From Minisyncoccota bacterium (GTDB lineage Bacteria > Patescibacteriota > Minisyncoccia > Phycocordibacterales > DSPV01): a DNA stretch of 64,000 nucleotides. The stretch is from positions 46,813 to 110,812 of the forward strand of contig JBAZSH010000001.1 of NCBI GenBank assembly GCA_041662545.1. Direction: 5' to 3'. Of this stretch, positions 9,712-19,573 are shown one piece after another (the stretch's first letter is position 1; every line of letters begins with the position of its first letter). The position numbers were made by a program, and so were the translations under genes. The notes below the pieces were generated by a model. The model saw nothing but the letters and a program-made list of their open reading frames with translations. It searched no databases and was not told where the DNA came from.

Positions 9712-9978
9712 ATGTCCCAAAGATATTTTATTTTTTTGCGGAGAAGCGCGGAAAAAATTTTGTATAAAATGCCGAGTCAAATTAGCCAAAGAATTGAAAA
9801 AGTTATTGACGAGCTGGAGACAAATCCTTATCTTGGTTCAAAAATGCACGGGGAATTGTCGCATTTAAGAAAAATTAGAGTTTCAGATTACAGAATAATT
9901 TACCAAATTTTTGAATCAAAGATAGTTATTGAAATTCTAGAAATCCAAAGTCGTGGCAATGTGTTATATGATAGGTAG
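9712..9978 (+). CDS. Type II toxin, RelE/ParE family
   Basis: AEKIL..L.TNP..GSKMHG...RKIRVSDYRIIY...SRGNVY-like; ATG 1 nt after the antitoxin stop. Confidence 0.85.
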   Translation: MSQRYFIFLRRSAEKILYKMPSQISQRIEKVIDELETNPYLGSKMHGELSHLRKIRVSDYRIIYQIFESKIVIEILEIQSRGNVLYDR

Positions 9979-10021
9979 AAAATAAAATGTCAAAAGAAAT
10001 GGAAAAATAATTTATTAAAAT

Positions 10022-10134
10022 ATGCCTATATTAAATTGGATTGCAAAAGAAAAAATTGAAAATCATGTAAGGATGTGCCTTTTCGGTTGCTTAAAAAAAA
10101 TAAAAAGTTGTCGCTTGGAGAAAAAAGCGAAAAT
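10022..10134 (+). pseudogene. Frameshifted, truncated 5' relic resembling a type III R-M Mod methyltransferase N-terminus
   Basis: MPILNWIAKEKIENH, then with a 1-nt shift KDVPFRLLKKNKKLSLGEKSEN; ends at a palindrome. Confidence 0.55.
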
Positions 10135-10245
10135 CCCGCTTTTGGCGGGACCGCGTGATTAGTAGGATTTCTCCTACATCAAAAGTATAGCATGGCAATC
10201 AGTTATTAAGCAATATTTGTGGATAAGTGAAAAAGTGAGAAAACG

Positions 10246-10278
10246 AAGGCCTCGCCTTTGTTGCAAAGGCGAGGCCTT
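10246..10278. repeat. Perfect 15-bp inverted repeat (REP-like)
   Basis: AAGGCCTCGCCTTTG-TTG-CAAAGGCGAGGCCTT. Confidence 0.85.
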
Positions 10279-10350
10279 TATTTCTCTGGTTTTTTCTCAA
10301 AAAAGTGGTAATGTTTAAACATCCCCCAGTGTGTTTGGGGGAATAAAAAT

Positions 10351-11277
10351 ATGGCGATTTTTAAGATAAAAAATAATAAGTTAGAAAAGTTTAAAGAAAG
10401 AGAAGCTTTTTTGGAAAAAGATATCCAAAAGCTTACTGAATTAAACTTGAGTGAGATTTTCAAGTTGGAGTATATGTCTTCGCAATTTTCTCTAAAAAAT
10501 TTGAGAATTGATACTTTGTGTTTTGACCCTGAAAATAAAGCCTTTGTTATTATTGAATACAAAAAAGATAGAAGTTTCAGTGTCATCGATCAAGGCTTTG
10601 CGTACCTATCTTTACTGTTAAACAATAAGGCGGATTTTTTGGTTGAGTATAACGAAAAAAATAAATCAAAAACATTGTCGCGCGAAAGTGTAAATTGGTC
10701 TCAGTCCAAGGTAATTTTTATTTCTCCATTTTTTTCATCTCACCAGAAAGAGGCCATCAATTTCAAAAATCTACCAATTGAATTATGGGAGATAAAATAT
10801 TATGGTAGTGATTTAGTTGAATATAAGAATATTGAACCGCTAGAATCATCAGAAAAAATAGAAACCCTTACTGGTAGCAAGTTTATTAAAGAGGTGATAA
10901 AAGAGGTAAAAAATTATGATTTAGAACATCATCTCAAAAAAGGATCTGACAAAACAAGGAAATTATTCTTTGTGTTAAAAGAAAAAATTCTTGAGTTAGG
11001 AGAAATCAACGAAAAATATTTACAATTTTATGTGGGCTATAAAATGGGCGACAGCTACATTAGTTTTTGTCAGATACATTTTTATAAAGAAAAATTGGAG
11101 ATATCAATTCTTATACCGGATAAAAAATTATCTGATTCTAAAAAGTGGGCTCGAAAAGTACCCAAATCTTATGGCTGGGCGAAAAATAGCAAATTTTTTA
11201 ATATCAAAACTGAAAAGGATATTTCGTACACAATGAATTTGATAGAGCAGTCTTACGAGTTTAATAAAAGTAGATAA
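10351..11277 (+). CDS. PD-(D/E)XK (NucS/DUF91-like) nuclease fused to a DUF5655-like C-terminal domain
   Basis: LEKDIQ..RIDTLCFD..FVIIEYKK..VIDQGFAYL; C-terminal YDLEHHL..YVGYK. Confidence 0.65.
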   Translation: MAIFKIKNNKLEKFKEREAFLEKDIQKLTELNLSEIFKLEYMSSQFSLKNLRIDTLCFDPENKAFVIIEYKKDRSFSVIDQGFAYLSLLLNNKADFLVEYNEKNKSKTLSRESVNWSQSKVIFISPFFSSHQKEAINFKNLPIELWEIKYYGSDLVEYKNIEPLESSEKIETLTGSKFIKEVIKEVKNYDLEHHLKKGSDKTRKLFFVLKEKILELGEINEKYLQFYVGYKMGDSYISFCQIHFYKEKLEISILIPDKKLSDSKKWARKVPKSYGWAKNSKFFNIKTEKDISYTMNLIEQSYEFNKSR

Positions 11278-11280
11278 TTT

Positions 11281-12498
11281 ATGGTAAGAGAAGCATCAAT
11301 CAAAAATCTTACAAATGCGAAACGGGCAAAGAATGATGAGTTTTATACTCAGTACATCGATATTCAAAAAGAAATTGAAAAGTATTTAGATTACAACCCT
11401 AATACATTTCGAGCCAAAATAGTGTACTGCAACTGCGATGACCCGTTTGAGAGCAATTTCTTTCGTTATTTTGTGCTAAATTTCAACAACCTTGGATTGA
11501 AGCAGCTAATCACAACGAGCTACAAACCATCGCCTGTCGCCAACACGCAACTGGGATTATTTGGTGATGACAAAACACTTGTAAAAGCAAAAGGTCGGCC
11601 GAAGGTAACGGCGAACAAGTTCATTATCAACGAGGTGCACGACATAGATGGCGATGGCGAGTTTAACTTGAAGGATGTTGCAAAACAGTTAAAGATAAAT
11701 AAACACAACGAGTGGATGCCACTAAGTGGTGATGGTGATTTCCGTAGCGATGAGTGCGTCGAACTACTCAAGCGGTCTGACATCGTAATAACCAATCCTC
11801 CGTTTAGTTTGTTTCGCGAATATGTTAAACAACTTTTTGATTACAAAAAAAGGTTTCTGATAATCGGCAATATGAATGCGATTACCTATAAAGAAGTATT
11901 CCCTTTAATTAAGGATAATAAAATATGGCTTGGGGCTGGTAAAAATGACGGACGAAATGTATGGTTTCAAATTCCTGATCATTATGAAAAATTTCATAAG
12001 GAGGAAAATGGTAAGAAATATGCTTTTGTCGCAGGAACAATTTGGTTTACGAACCTTGACCATGGGCGCCGTCATCAACCGTTGCCGTTGATGACCACGA
12101 CAGAGGTAATTAAATTTGGTGCAAAAAAGTCATTCGAAAAGTACGATAACTACAACGCAATAGAGGTTCCACTGGTTAAATACATCCCAAATGATTACGA
12201 TGGCGTGATGGGTGTACCAATTAGTTTTCTTAGCAAATATAACCCCGATCAGTTTGAGATCTTAGGAGCTACTCAAAGAGGTTGCCATGATGAGGTTCCC
12301 GACACAAAAAAGTATGATGATTACTGGGAAGTAAGACAGAATGGTGAAAAAACAGGATCGTCTGGTGGAAAAACAAATGAAAATGCCAATTTGGTTGAGA
12401 ATGACGGGAAAAAGAATTACTTTATAAATAATGAAAGCCGAATAATTCAATCTGCTTACCAAAGAATTTTTATAAGACACAAGAAAGCTAAAAAATAA
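11281..12498 (+). CDS. Adenine-specific DNA methyltransferase, EcoRI_methylase family
   Basis: AKNDEFYTQ, YCNCDDP, GDGDFRS, IVITNPPFSLFREY, GVMGVPISFL. Confidence 0.88.
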   Translation: MVREASIKNLTNAKRAKNDEFYTQYIDIQKEIEKYLDYNPNTFRAKIVYCNCDDPFESNFFRYFVLNFNNLGLKQLITTSYKPSPVANTQLGLFGDDKTLVKAKGRPKVTANKFIINEVHDIDGDGEFNLKDVAKQLKINKHNEWMPLSGDGDFRSDECVELLKRSDIVITNPPFSLFREYVKQLFDYKKRFLIIGNMNAITYKEVFPLIKDNKIWLGAGKNDGRNVWFQIPDHYEKFHKEENGKKYAFVAGTIWFTNLDHGRRHQPLPLMTTTEVIKFGAKKSFEKYDNYNAIEVPLVKYIPNDYDGVMGVPISFLSKYNPDQFEILGATQRGCHDEVPDTKKYDDYWEVRQNGEKTGSSGGKTNENANLVENDGKKNYFINNESRIIQSAYQRIFIRHKKAKK

Positions 12499-12501
12499 AT
12501 T

Positions 12502-13242
12502 ATGGCTAAAGTTATAAAATTATTTGATCCAATTTATATGAAGGCGTTAAAACTTGCTTCAGAAATTCATTCTAAATCAAGAGAACAAATTGATGTAACA
12601 AAAAAGGATAAAAAATTAGTAATTTATTATTTGCAAGGAGGTTGTATCACGCATGCATACTTAGCAATTAATCATTGGTTGTCGGGCGATCTTGGTGCCC
12701 CTTTTATCCACAAGAGGATAATACAAGAAATGGGAAATGTGGCACTCTTTATTTCTGTATTACCGGAAGAACACAGGTATATAAAATCTTTTTTTGAAAA
12801 AAGTATAATAAGTTTTCCAAATATTTTTTCGACAAAATGGGAAAAAGAAAAAAAGGTAATTTTGAATAAAATGGAATGGGATGATCAAACTTTAAAAAAA
12901 TGGCAGGACAATGCGAAGTTATTAAATGATGGTTTTTCGAATGCAATGCATGCGCAAATTGAGACAGCCGGTTGGAACTCAGATAAATATACGGGGGAAT
13001 ATGATTATCGTCTTCAATGGAATGAATTTCAAGGAGGATTTATAAGGAATTTTGATTTTGGGCATTATATTATAATTCCTACTATTAAACCTTTACTCAT
13101 AAATAAAGAAGTGCTTTTAATAGAAAAAGAAGATTTGGATAAGATAAATCAAATTTTGGAAGTAGTTTTTAATACCGGATTAGATATATTTAATAATTTA
13201 CGAGACAGTGTTTTAAGTAAACAACAGGTAAACACTGGCTAA
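12502..13242 (+). CDS. Hypothetical protein (low GC, inserted in R-M-like operon)
   Basis: 246-aa ORF tightly spaced between the MTase and Bro-N genes. Confidence 0.7.
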   Translation: MAKVIKLFDPIYMKALKLASEIHSKSREQIDVTKKDKKLVIYYLQGGCITHAYLAINHWLSGDLGAPFIHKRIIQEMGNVALFISVLPEEHRYIKSFFEKSIISFPNIFSTKWEKEKKVILNKMEWDDQTLKKWQDNAKLLNDGFSNAMHAQIETAGWNSDKYTGEYDYRLQWNEFQGGFIRNFDFGHYIIIPTIKPLLINKEVLLIEKEDLDKINQILEVVFNTGLDIFNNLRDSVLSKQQVNTG

Positions 13243-13259
13243 TATAAACAATAAATAAT

Positions 13260-14102
13260 ATGAAAAACAACACTTCGCTTGCCATTTTTGAAACTCACAA
13301 AATTCGCCGGTATTTTGACGAGAAAACAGAAACTTGGTTTTTTTCGGTTATTGATATTGTGGCGGCTTTGACGGAACAGAATGATTTTCAAGTGGCTAGA
13401 TCGTATTGGAAAAAGCTTGCACAAAGACTCAGGGATGAAGAAAGTCAAGTGGTGACAAAATGTCACCGGTTGAAAATGATGGCTCAAGACGGCAAGATGC
13501 GAGAAACCGATGCCGCCGATGTGGAAATTATTTTGCGCCTGATTCAATCAGTGCCAAGCAAAAAAGCCGAACCTATCAAATTGTGGCTGGCGAAAGTCGG
13601 TTATGAACGAATGCAGGAAATGAGCGACCCGGAAATAGCGCTGAATCGTTCTCGCGCATATTGGCAAAAACAAGGAAGAAGCGAGAAATGGATCCAGCAA
13701 CGGATGATGGGGCAAGAGACTAGAAATAAACTCACTGACTATTGGGCGGAAAGCGGTGTAAAAAAAGGCGAAGAATTTGCCATTCTTACAAATATAATTC
13801 ACCAAGAATGGAGCGACTTGTCGGTAAAGGCGCACAAAAATCTTAAGGGACTGAAAACGCAAAATCTTCGTGATCATATGAGCGAAGAAGAATTGATTTT
13901 CACCGCGCTGGCGGAGCTTTCTACCAGAAGAATTGCTGAAACTGACAAAACACAAGGTTTGGAAGATAATAAAATTCCTGCGATTAAGGGCGGTCGGATT
14001 GCCAAGGGCGCAAGAAAGGCGCTTGAAGAAAAAACAGGGAGGTCGGTTATAACTGGGAATAATTATTTGCCAAATAAACAACTGATTAAAAAATTAAAAT
14101 AA
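13260..14102 (+). CDS. Bro-N domain (phage antirepressor-like) protein
   Basis: [46 protein letters not shown]; NLRDHMS. Confidence 0.85.
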   Translation: MKNNTSLAIFETHKIRRYFDEKTETWFFSVIDIVAALTEQNDFQVARSYWKKLAQRLRDEESQVVTKCHRLKMMAQDGKMRETDAADVEIILRLIQSVPSKKAEPIKLWLAKVGYERMQEMSDPEIALNRSRAYWQKQGRSEKWIQQRMMGQETRNKLTDYWAESGVKKGEEFAILTNIIHQEWSDLSVKAHKNLKGLKTQNLRDHMSEEELIFTALAELSTRRIAETDKTQGLEDNKIPAIKGGRIAKGARKALEEKTGRSVITGNNYLPNKQLIKKLK

Positions 14103-14103
14103 T

Positions 14104-15273
14104 ATGAAAACAATTTTAAAAACCAATATCACTGTCAAAGATATTTGCGAAGGATTCATCTATAACGAACTGGAAGGCAGGGGTTTGCTTGGCTTGTCTG
14201 GCAAACTCACCATTCAGCCGGAATATCAGCGAAATTATATTTATGCATCCGATGGCGGTAAGCGAGAAATGGCCGTCATTGAGTCAGTTCTTAAAGAATA
14301 TCCAATAGGGTTGATTTATTTCAATAAAGTTTCTAATGATAAATTTGAAGTATTGGACGGTCAACAGCGCATCACAAGTCTTGGACGATTTATCACCGAC
14401 AAATTTGCCATCAAAGATGAAAATGGGATGCCGCAGATTTTTGGTAATATGGCGAGGGATAAGCAAAAAAAGATTTTGGAAACGAAATTACTGATTTACG
14501 AATGCGAAGGTACTGAAAGTCAGATAAAAGAGTGGTTCAAGACTGTAAATATTGCCGGTGTTCCGCTCAACAATCAGGAATTACTCAACGCAGTATATTC
14601 TGGCCCATTTGTAACTAAGGCTAAAGAGGAATTCAGTAATAGTCAAAACGCTAATATTCAAAAATGGAGTGCGTATGTTTCTGGTAGTGCCAACAGGCAG
14701 GAATTTTTGGAATGTGCTTTTGATTGGGTAAGCAAGGGAAGCATTGGCGACTACATGAGCAAGCATCGCAAAGACAAAAACATTGATGAGCTAAAAAAAT
14801 ATTTCAATACTGTCATCGATTGGGTATCTAGCATATTTACTGATGTAGAAAGCGAAATGCGCGGGCTTAAATGGGGGCTACTTTACGAGGAATATCACAA
14901 AAAGGCATATAGCCCAGCGAAAGTAGCGACCGAGGTGCGCAAGCTCTACGGAGATCCATACATCAAAAACCGCAAAGGCATTTTTGAGTATATTCTCGGT
15001 GGTTCCAGTGATACAAAATTGCTTGAAGTTCGGGTTTTTGATGAAGCGACTAAAAGATCTACTTACGAATCACAGACCGCTAAAGCAAAGAAAAAAGAAG
15101 AATCAAATTGTTCTCTCTGCGCTGTCGGACATGATGCGAACAAGGGTAAAATTTGGAGTTTTGCTGAAATGGAAGCAGACCATGTATCAGCGTGGAGCAA
15201 GGGTGGCGCTACTTCGGCAAAAAATTGCCAGATGCTCTGCAAAACTCATAATCGAGCAAAAGGAAATCAGTAA
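14104..15273 (+). CDS. DUF262 (ParB/GmrS-like) domain plus C-terminal HNH endonuclease
   Basis: [27 protein letters not shown]; CSLC..MEADH..WSKGG...[15 protein letters not shown]. Confidence 0.88.
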   Translation: MKTILKTNITVKDICEGFIYNELEGRGLLGLSGKLTIQPEYQRNYIYASDGGKREMAVIESVLKEYPIGLIYFNKVSNDKFEVLDGQQRITSLGRFITDKFAIKDENGMPQIFGNMARDKQKKILETKLLIYECEGTESQIKEWFKTVNIAGVPLNNQELLNAVYSGPFVTKAKEEFSNSQNANIQKWSAYVSGSANRQEFLECAFDWVSKGSIGDYMSKHRKDKNIDELKKYFNTVIDWVSSIFTDVESEMRGLKWGLLYEEYHKKAYSPAKVATEVRKLYGDPYIKNRKGIFEYILGGSSDTKLLEVRVFDEATKRSTYESQTAKAKKKEESNCSLCAVGHDANKGKIWSFAEMEADHVSAWSKGGATSAKNCQMLCKTHNRAKGNQ

Positions 15274-15275
15274 AG

Positions 15276-15365
15276 AACCGCATTTATTTTCCAATCCTTC
15301 TCGGCCTCCTCGGCTGGCTTATTGGTTTCGGTATCCAAAAACTTCTCGCGCGAAAATATCAATAA
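15276..15365 (+). pseudogene. Orphan 3' fragment paralogous to the membrane gene 8629-8976 (right copy of direct repeat)
   Basis: Reads NRIYFPILLGLLGWLIGFGIQKLLARKYQ* versus NRIYFPILLGFLGWLVGFGIRKLFVGKK*; no start codon. Confidence 0.8.
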
Positions 15366-15499
15366 AAAGGAGCGGCGACAGATTTATTCCATTCACCAAA
15401 GATGAAAGTGGAGTTCTGTCGCCGAAGGTAACTAGTTGAGATTACCCTCGTCTCATTATATCATGATATAATTGAAATTCAGTAAACTTTAGATTTTTT

Positions 15500-15898
15500 A
15501 TGAACAACACCTATAATTGGTATCAAACTTTAATCAAGCCAGCGTGGTCGCCACCAAGTTGGTTGTTCGGACCGGTTTGGGGTGTGCTTTACGCGATCAT
15601 TGCTGTTAGCTATGGTTATGTCGGCTATCTTTTTTCCCAAGGCAGAATTTCTTTTGCCACACTTTTACCTTTCATTCTAAATCTGGTTTTTAACTTTGCC
15701 TTTACGCCATTACAATTTGGTTTGAAAAATAATTATCTAGCCGCCATTGATATTTTACTCGTTCTCGGCACGCTTGTTTGGGCGTTGATAGTTATCTGGC
15801 CGCAGGCGCGCTGGGTTGCTGTTGCCAACATTCCATATTTGCTTTGGGTTTCCTTCGCGACAGTTTTGCAATTAACTATTACTTATTTAAATAGATAA
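15500..15898 (+). CDS. tspO: TspO/MBR family tryptophan-rich sensory protein
   Basis: WYQTLIKPAWSPPSWLFGPVWGVLY...PYLLWVSFATVL. Confidence 0.9.
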   Translation: MNNTYNWYQTLIKPAWSPPSWLFGPVWGVLYAIIAVSYGYVGYLFSQGRISFATLLPFILNLVFNFAFTPLQFGLKNNYLAAIDILLVLGTLVWALIVIWPQARWVAVANIPYLLWVSFATVLQLTITYLNR

Positions 15899-16062
15899 AA
15901 ATAGATAGAGCCGCGTGTAAGCCGTTTGTGTTTATAGGCATATTTATCGTAGTAATTGTGTTCGGTAGTGTGTTGATATCTGAATGTGGCATTATGTTAT
16001 AATAATAGAATAAAGGTCGAAGGTTAGTCTAAAGTTATTAGAAGTAATTAAATAAAAAAAAT

Positions 16063-16284
16063 ATGACAACTGTCATTAACACGCCTCCATCCGGCGAAAG
16101 TTCAGATTCTGGATTAGGTTTAGTGCTCGGGGTTATTCTAGCGCTTATATTAGTGGCTCTCTTTTTTGTCTACGGTCTTCCAGCAATACGTAATAATAAT
16201 GCGGTGCCCCAAAACGGCAACATTGATGTAAATATTACCTTACCCGCAAGCGAAACTACACCCTCGCCGGCAGCAAATCTCTAA
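16063..16284 (+). CDS. Small single-pass membrane protein
   Basis: 73 aa, one TM helix, upstream TATAAT. Confidence 0.7.
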   Translation: MTTVINTPPSGESSDSGLGLVLGVILALILVALFFVYGLPAIRNNNAVPQNGNIDVNITLPASETTPSPAANL

Positions 16285-16419
16285 AAACATACTCTAGGAC
16301 AATTATTATCGTCATATTTATCCTCTAGTTTCTTGGGTTTAGTTTTTAAGTAGGAGGTGGTTTCATTTACACGCTTTATCTACATTGATTTTGTTGCTGA
16401 AAAATGATAATATTATTTT

Positions 16420-17403
16420 ATGATCGATAATCAACTTATTCCACATAAGTTTTGGCCGCGACGCGTTTCGTGGCTCACCGTTGTGCTCGCGCTTCTCGCG
16501 GTCGGCACCCTTGTCGCAGTTTCTCGTCCGGGGGTGTATTACGCGACGCGTATGGGAATAGACGGCGGAATGATGGAAAACTCCAGTGGCTCGGGAGCAG
16601 TGCCTCCTTCGGCTGTGGATATGCCAATGATGGACGGTGATGTGTCAAATAAGTATTACCCGTATCCTTATCCCAGCCCCGATGTGCCAATAACCGACAC
16701 GCGAGAATTTTTGAAAATATATTACAACGCTTCTATGCAGACGCGCGATGTGCAAGGTCTCACGCGCCGAGTCGAAACGACGGTGCGAGGTTACGATGGC
16801 CGCATTGACCAGCAATCTAGTTCTCCGAAATATGGCTATGTGAATTTCGCTCTGCCTCAAAGTAAATATGATGCTTTTCGCGCCGAGCTTGAAGATCTAG
16901 TGGGTAGCAAATTTCTTACGGTCAACATTTCATCCCAAAATCTTTTGGCGCAAAAAGTGAGCATTGAAGAACAGCAAAAACAAGCCGAGACCGCGTTGGC
17001 GGATTACAAAACGGTGCGCCAAAAAATTGTCAACGCTCATGCTAGTGCCGTACAGTTGCTCCAGTCAAAAATAGATGCCGCCGAGGGCAAATCGGATGAA
17101 TTGGCTTTGTTGAACGAACAGCTCGCCAATGAAAACACTTTGTACGCGAAGCGATTAGACAACGCTGATAGAAATATTAAATACGGGCAGGATTGGCTTA
17201 AAGCCGTCCAGACGCAAGACCAAACACTGTTGGCTAATGTCGCAACGGTTTCAGGTACGATCTCTATCCAATGGATAAGCTACTGGGCGATGGCTCAGCT
17301 TTACCTACCGGGTTATTGGATTCCAATCATCTTTGCCGTGTTGACATTGCTCTCGTTCCTCTGGGATCGCCGCCGTTTCGGAACGGGTAGTCATCATCAA
17401 TGA
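16420..17403 (+). CDS. DUF4349-like membrane-anchored coiled-coil protein
   Basis: N- and C-terminal TM helices, central ferredoxin-like segment plus coiled coil. Confidence 0.55.
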   Translation: MIDNQLIPHKFWPRRVSWLTVVLALLAVGTLVAVSRPGVYYATRMGIDGGMMENSSGSGAVPPSAVDMPMMDGDVSNKYYPYPYPSPDVPITDTREFLKIYYNASMQTRDVQGLTRRVETTVRGYDGRIDQQSSSPKYGYVNFALPQSKYDAFRAELEDLVGSKFLTVNISSQNLLAQKVSIEEQQKQAETALADYKTVRQKIVNAHASAVQLLQSKIDAAEGKSDELALLNEQLANENTLYAKRLDNADRNIKYGQDWLKAVQTQDQTLLANVATVSGTISIQWISYWAMAQLYLPGYWIPIIFAVLTLLSFLWDRRRFGTGSHHQ

Positions 17404-18263
17404 GAAATAAATTTTTTCGGTTTTTGCCGATATTGTTTCTACCAATTATGGTTTTGCCGGCCGGATCGGTTTTTCAAGGTGATCCGTTTTTGATAACCGT
17501 GAGTGGTGTTGGTAGTATCGCTGATGTTCAAAAAATTTTCTTTGACAACCAGTCCCTCTGGTTTTTTACTTACCAAGGCAAACCAACCGCTTTAGTTGGC
17601 ATTGACTTAAACAAAAAGCCCGGCGATTACAAAATTTTGGTCAAGATGGAGAACGGCGATAATTTTGAAAAAATTATCGCCGTCAAAGCCAGAGAAAAAC
17701 CCGAGGAACCGCTCGGTATTCCGGAGAAACTTGGCGGCAATACATTGGCTAGCCAAAAAACTCTTGTTTCCACTTTAGCTTCTGAAAATGATGTCATTAA
17801 TAATCTACGCTCCATCAGCAAAAAATTATGGCCGGACGGTTTTAGCTATCCGCTGGTAAATCCTATTGTTACCGATCCTTACGGCTACACCAGAATTACC
17901 GGTAATTATTCGATTGCTCACAAGGGCGCTGATTTCCGGGCGGCGGCAGGCACGCCGGTTAAAGCCATGGGCCGAGGCACTGTGCGGCTGGCTCAAACTT
18001 TCCGAAATTACGGCAAGACCGTCGCCGTTGATCACGGTCTTGGTTTAATAACTTTCTATATGCATCTTTCAAAAATCTATGTGAACGAAGGCGAAATGGT
18101 TAGCCAAGGCCAACTCATCGCTCTTTCCGGCCAAACCGGCTACTCTGAAGTGCCGCACCTTCACCTTAGCGTTAAAATCGGCGGCGTATCTATTGATCCG
18201 GTAAAATTTCTTAAAATTTTCGCCGACGATTCCAACAGCAGCTTATTTCACATTAATCTCTGA
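17400..18263 (+). CDS. M23 family metallopeptidase
   Basis: HKGADFRA..GTPVKA..G.V; YMHLSKI; HLHL. Confidence 0.88.
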   Translation: MRNKFFRFLPILFLPIMVLPAGSVFQGDPFLITVSGVGSIADVQKIFFDNQSLWFFTYQGKPTALVGIDLNKKPGDYKILVKMENGDNFEKIIAVKAREKPEEPLGIPEKLGGNTLASQKTLVSTLASENDVINNLRSISKKLWPDGFSYPLVNPIVTDPYGYTRITGNYSIAHKGADFRAAAGTPVKAMGRGTVRLAQTFRNYGKTVAVDHGLGLITFYMHLSKIYVNEGEMVSQGQLIALSGQTGYSEVPHLHLSVKIGGVSIDPVKFLKIFADDSNSSLFHINL

Positions 18264-18276
18264 CATAACAACAACG

Positions 18277-18311
18277 AAAAACCCGCACAGTGCCATACGG
18301 CAGGCGCGGGT
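18277..18311 (-). terminator. Intrinsic terminator-like hairpin (U-tract on minus strand)
   Basis: AAAAACCCGC...TGCC..GGCA...GCGGGT. Confidence 0.5.
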
Positions 18312-18405
18312 GATTTCCATAAGGTGAGGTATACCTACTCTGAACCGCTCCATCCGGTAACAATCCAAAATACCACTAAACTGCAATTTATGGTATATTG
18401 TAAAT

Positions 18406-18684
18406 ATGGAATCATTATTAAAAGCTGATATTTTCTTCTTTATATCTTCTATAGCAACAATCGTATTTACGATTCTAATTTCTGTTCTTTTGGTATATCT
18501 CATCAAAGCTGGAAAAAATCTCTACAAACTTTCAGAAACTCTGAAGAGTAGCTATGACGATTCGGAAGAATTTATTTCTGAACTCAAGGAACGCCTCGAA
18601 GACAATATGGTATTCCGAATGTTCTTTCCTCCAATCCGAAAAAAACGAATATCAAAATCAAATAGTGATAGTGCAAAAAAATAA
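18406..18684 (+). CDS. Hypothetical membrane protein
   Basis: N-terminal TM helix, basic tail; -10 box 6 nt upstream. Confidence 0.7.
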   Translation: MESLLKADIFFFISSIATIVFTILISVLLVYLIKAGKNLYKLSETLKSSYDDSEEFISELKERLEDNMVFRMFFPPIRKKRISKSNSDSAKK

Positions 18685-18717
18685 TCAATTATTAGCATTA
18701 ATAAATAACAAAAACAA

Positions 18718-19059
18718 ATGAAAAAGAACACAACAAAAAAGAGTTCTAACATAACAAAATATGTTGCGATTGGTGCTGGCATCGCTGGCATAGCTGCTGC
18801 ATATTTCTTCCTCGGTCCAAAAGGTAAAATGCATCAGAGAAAGACGAAGGCTTGGGCAATAAAAATGAAGGCTGATGTTGTAGAAAAACTCGAAGAAGCT
18901 CGTGATATGAGCGAATCCGCATATCATCAAATCATTGACTCTGTAGCGAAAGAATATGAAGAGAAGGCGAAAGTTGGCCGTGAAGAGATTCAATCACTGG
19001 CAAAGGATTTGAAAAAACATTGGAAGACGATCAGTAAAGAGGTGGGGATTGGTAAGTAA
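18718..19059 (+). CDS. Hypothetical membrane-anchored helical protein (YtxH-like)
   Basis: AIGAGIAGIAAAYFFLGPKGK followed by a helical region. Confidence 0.65.
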   Translation: MKKNTTKKSSNITKYVAIGAGIAGIAAAYFFLGPKGKMHQRKTKAWAIKMKADVVEKLEEARDMSESAYHQIIDSVAKEYEEKAKVGREEIQSLAKDLKKHWKTISKEVGIGK

Positions 19060-19153
19060 TATTATAAGGCAAAAAAAGAAGAGCGACTTATGAACCAAAA
19101 ATAAAAGCAAAGCTTTAAACGGGGTATGCTTCCTCCAATTATATTATTTATTT

Positions 19154-19402
19154 TTAATGTCGTAAAACTTTGACAATCCAGATAAGGATTATTGCTCCGA
19201 GCAGTGCCACCAGAAAGCTGTATAGATTAAAACCGCCTACACCGCTTTCACCGAATAAGCTCATAATCCAACCGCCCAACACCGCGCCAATGACACCGAC
19301 TACAACATTTAATATAATACCTTGCCGCGCATCAGTCCCCATAATTAGAGACGCGATCCAACCAACTAAGCCACCAAACACAATCCAAAGAATAATTCCC
19401 AT
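19154..19402 (-). CDS. GlsB/YeaQ/YmgE family (transglycosylase-associated) membrane protein
   Basis: WIVFGGLVGWIAS..NVVVGVIGAVLGGW..SFLVALLGAIIL. Confidence 0.88.
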   Translation of the reverse strand: MGIILWIVFGGLVGWIASLIMGTDARQGIILNVVVGVIGAVLGGWIMSLFGESGVGGFNLYSFLVALLGAIILIWIVKVLRH

Positions 19403-19573
19403 ATATTTTTTGTATTTATTAATTAATAATGTAAATATCCCTCGACGGGGGAATGTTAAGAAATTAAGTATACTACTTATTCTTAACTATAACCATATGG
19501 CTTGATGTGGTCGCCTGTGGAGTGATATAATATAAAATTATGAGACTGCTGTTATTACTATAAACTTATTTAT

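Noticed and set aside
13548-14081. 177-aa minus-strand ORF and the many other short antisense or overlapping ORFs in the track
   Set aside because: They are shadows of well-supported genes on another strand or frame, with no recognisable motifs.
14984-15439. 151-aa ORF spanning the island's right boundary
   Set aside because: It overlaps the HNH gene out of frame; the meaningful reading of 15276-15365 is in a different frame.
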